Position numbers and translations under genes: made by a program. A stretch of 64,000 nt of DNA from NCBI GenBank assembly GCA_045863475.1, contig BTUR01000002.1:410-64409 (forward strand). The letters run 5' to 3'. Positions 63,379 to 64,000 of this stretch are shown here, one piece after another. Source of the stretch: Candidatus Campbellbacteria bacterium. Lineage in GTDB: Bacteria > Patescibacteriota > Minisyncoccia > Phycocordibacterales > EsbW-18. The notes under the pieces are model-generated. The model saw nothing but the letters and a program-made list of their open reading frames with translations, was not told the origin of the DNA and did no database searches. Within the stretch, counting starts at the first letter, position 1. Every line of letters begins with the position of its first letter.

Positions 63379-63987
63379 CTAGGCTCGGTTTGAGAGTATC
63401 TCGCCGTGCGCCCGCATAATGGTTTCTTTTACCAACATCGGGTTGGCGGCGTTTTTGATGGTAAAGCCTGGTTCAAGATTATTGCCCACTCCGTGCAGTT
63501 CTCCTCCGGCGGTGTGAATGTGAATGTCGCCGAAGTGGAGAAATGTCGCAAACACGCCGTTGACGGACACGGTCACGTCTTGCACTTGTTCAAGTCGCGT
63601 CACCGAGATGTCGCGGCGGAAAACACCTTTTTGTTCTATGTCAAAAATCCTGCGGTTCGTGATGACCCACACATCAAGGTAGTAGTCAGTCCAGTAGTAG
63701 AAAAAGAGCACCCATAAAAAGAGACACCACAGTAAAAAGAAGAATCCTGAGACAATACCGCCGAAATCTCCTCCGGTTATTCGATCGATGACGGCGGCAA
63801 TGCCGGGCACGAAGAGCAACGGTGCAAAGAAAAACACGAGCAGTGCCGCAACGCGGCCGTAGAGAATGAACATATGCCGACGGACTTCCAAGAGAATGTT
63901 TTCTCCCGGCTCAAGATTGATGAGCTCTTGGATGTTTTGATCCGGTGCGGCGGCGTGTTTGGCGCCGGCGGTGTAAGGATTGTGCAT
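63379..63987 (-). CDS. Membrane protein with bacterial PH (bPH_2) domain
   Basis: L..GE…RRH, two TMs, ITNRR, VQDV, FGDI.I.TAG. Confidence 0.85.
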   Translation of the reverse strand: MHNPYTAGAKHAAAPDQNIQELINLEPGENILLEVRRHMFILYGRVAALLVFFFAPLLFVPGIAAVIDRITGGDFGGIVSGFFFLLWCLFLWVLFFYYWTDYYLDVWVITNRRIFDIEQKGVFRRDISVTRLEQVQDVTVSVNGVFATFLHFGDIHIHTAGGELHGVGNNLEPGFTIKNAANPMLVKETIMRAHGEILSNRA

Positions 63988-64000
63988 ACTACAGTGAAAA

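Noticed and set aside
1-64000. Alternative genetic code (UGA=Gly) as in some CPR lineages
   Set aside because: Conserved genes such as mnmA, mreC and ftsI end at TGA at expected lengths, and no core gene needs read-through.

Overview
This is a 64-kb chromosomal segment of a small-genome bacterium using genetic code 11. Gene content and style suggest Patescibacteria/CPR, Parcubacteria-like (inference). The backbone is housekeeping: ftsZ/ftsA, mraZ-rsmH-ftsL-ftsI-murF, mreBC-PBP2, rpsA, rpsU, rpmF, pth, def/fmt, mnmA, frr, proS, lysS, thrS, greA, typA, dnaE, rnhB, nusB, rnc, a short smc, minor pilins and a two-component pair. There are five tRNA genes. tRNA-Asn(GUU) carries a group I intron inside the anticodon. 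The window starts in a large serine recombinase that reads through tRNA-Ser. The main signals not explained by the annotation are five. (1) tRNA-Ser(CGA) and tRNA-Glu(CUC) each have a ~115-nt leader with the same architecture but unrelated sequence: a copy of that tRNA's 5' end, two hairpins, then an antisense copy. (2) About 11 single-gene, C/G-rich orphan ORFs sit between core genes, each with a Shine-Dalgarno and terminator and most with their own sigma70 promoter; many core genes instead look leaderless and SD-less. (3) Several promoter-driven, ORF-less structured RNA units occur (two ending in a terminator). (4) A tandem DnaA-box/promoter/hairpin repeat is present. (5) A uORF plus switchable stem covers the typA start codon. 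All calls are by eye from the sequence; no searches were run.
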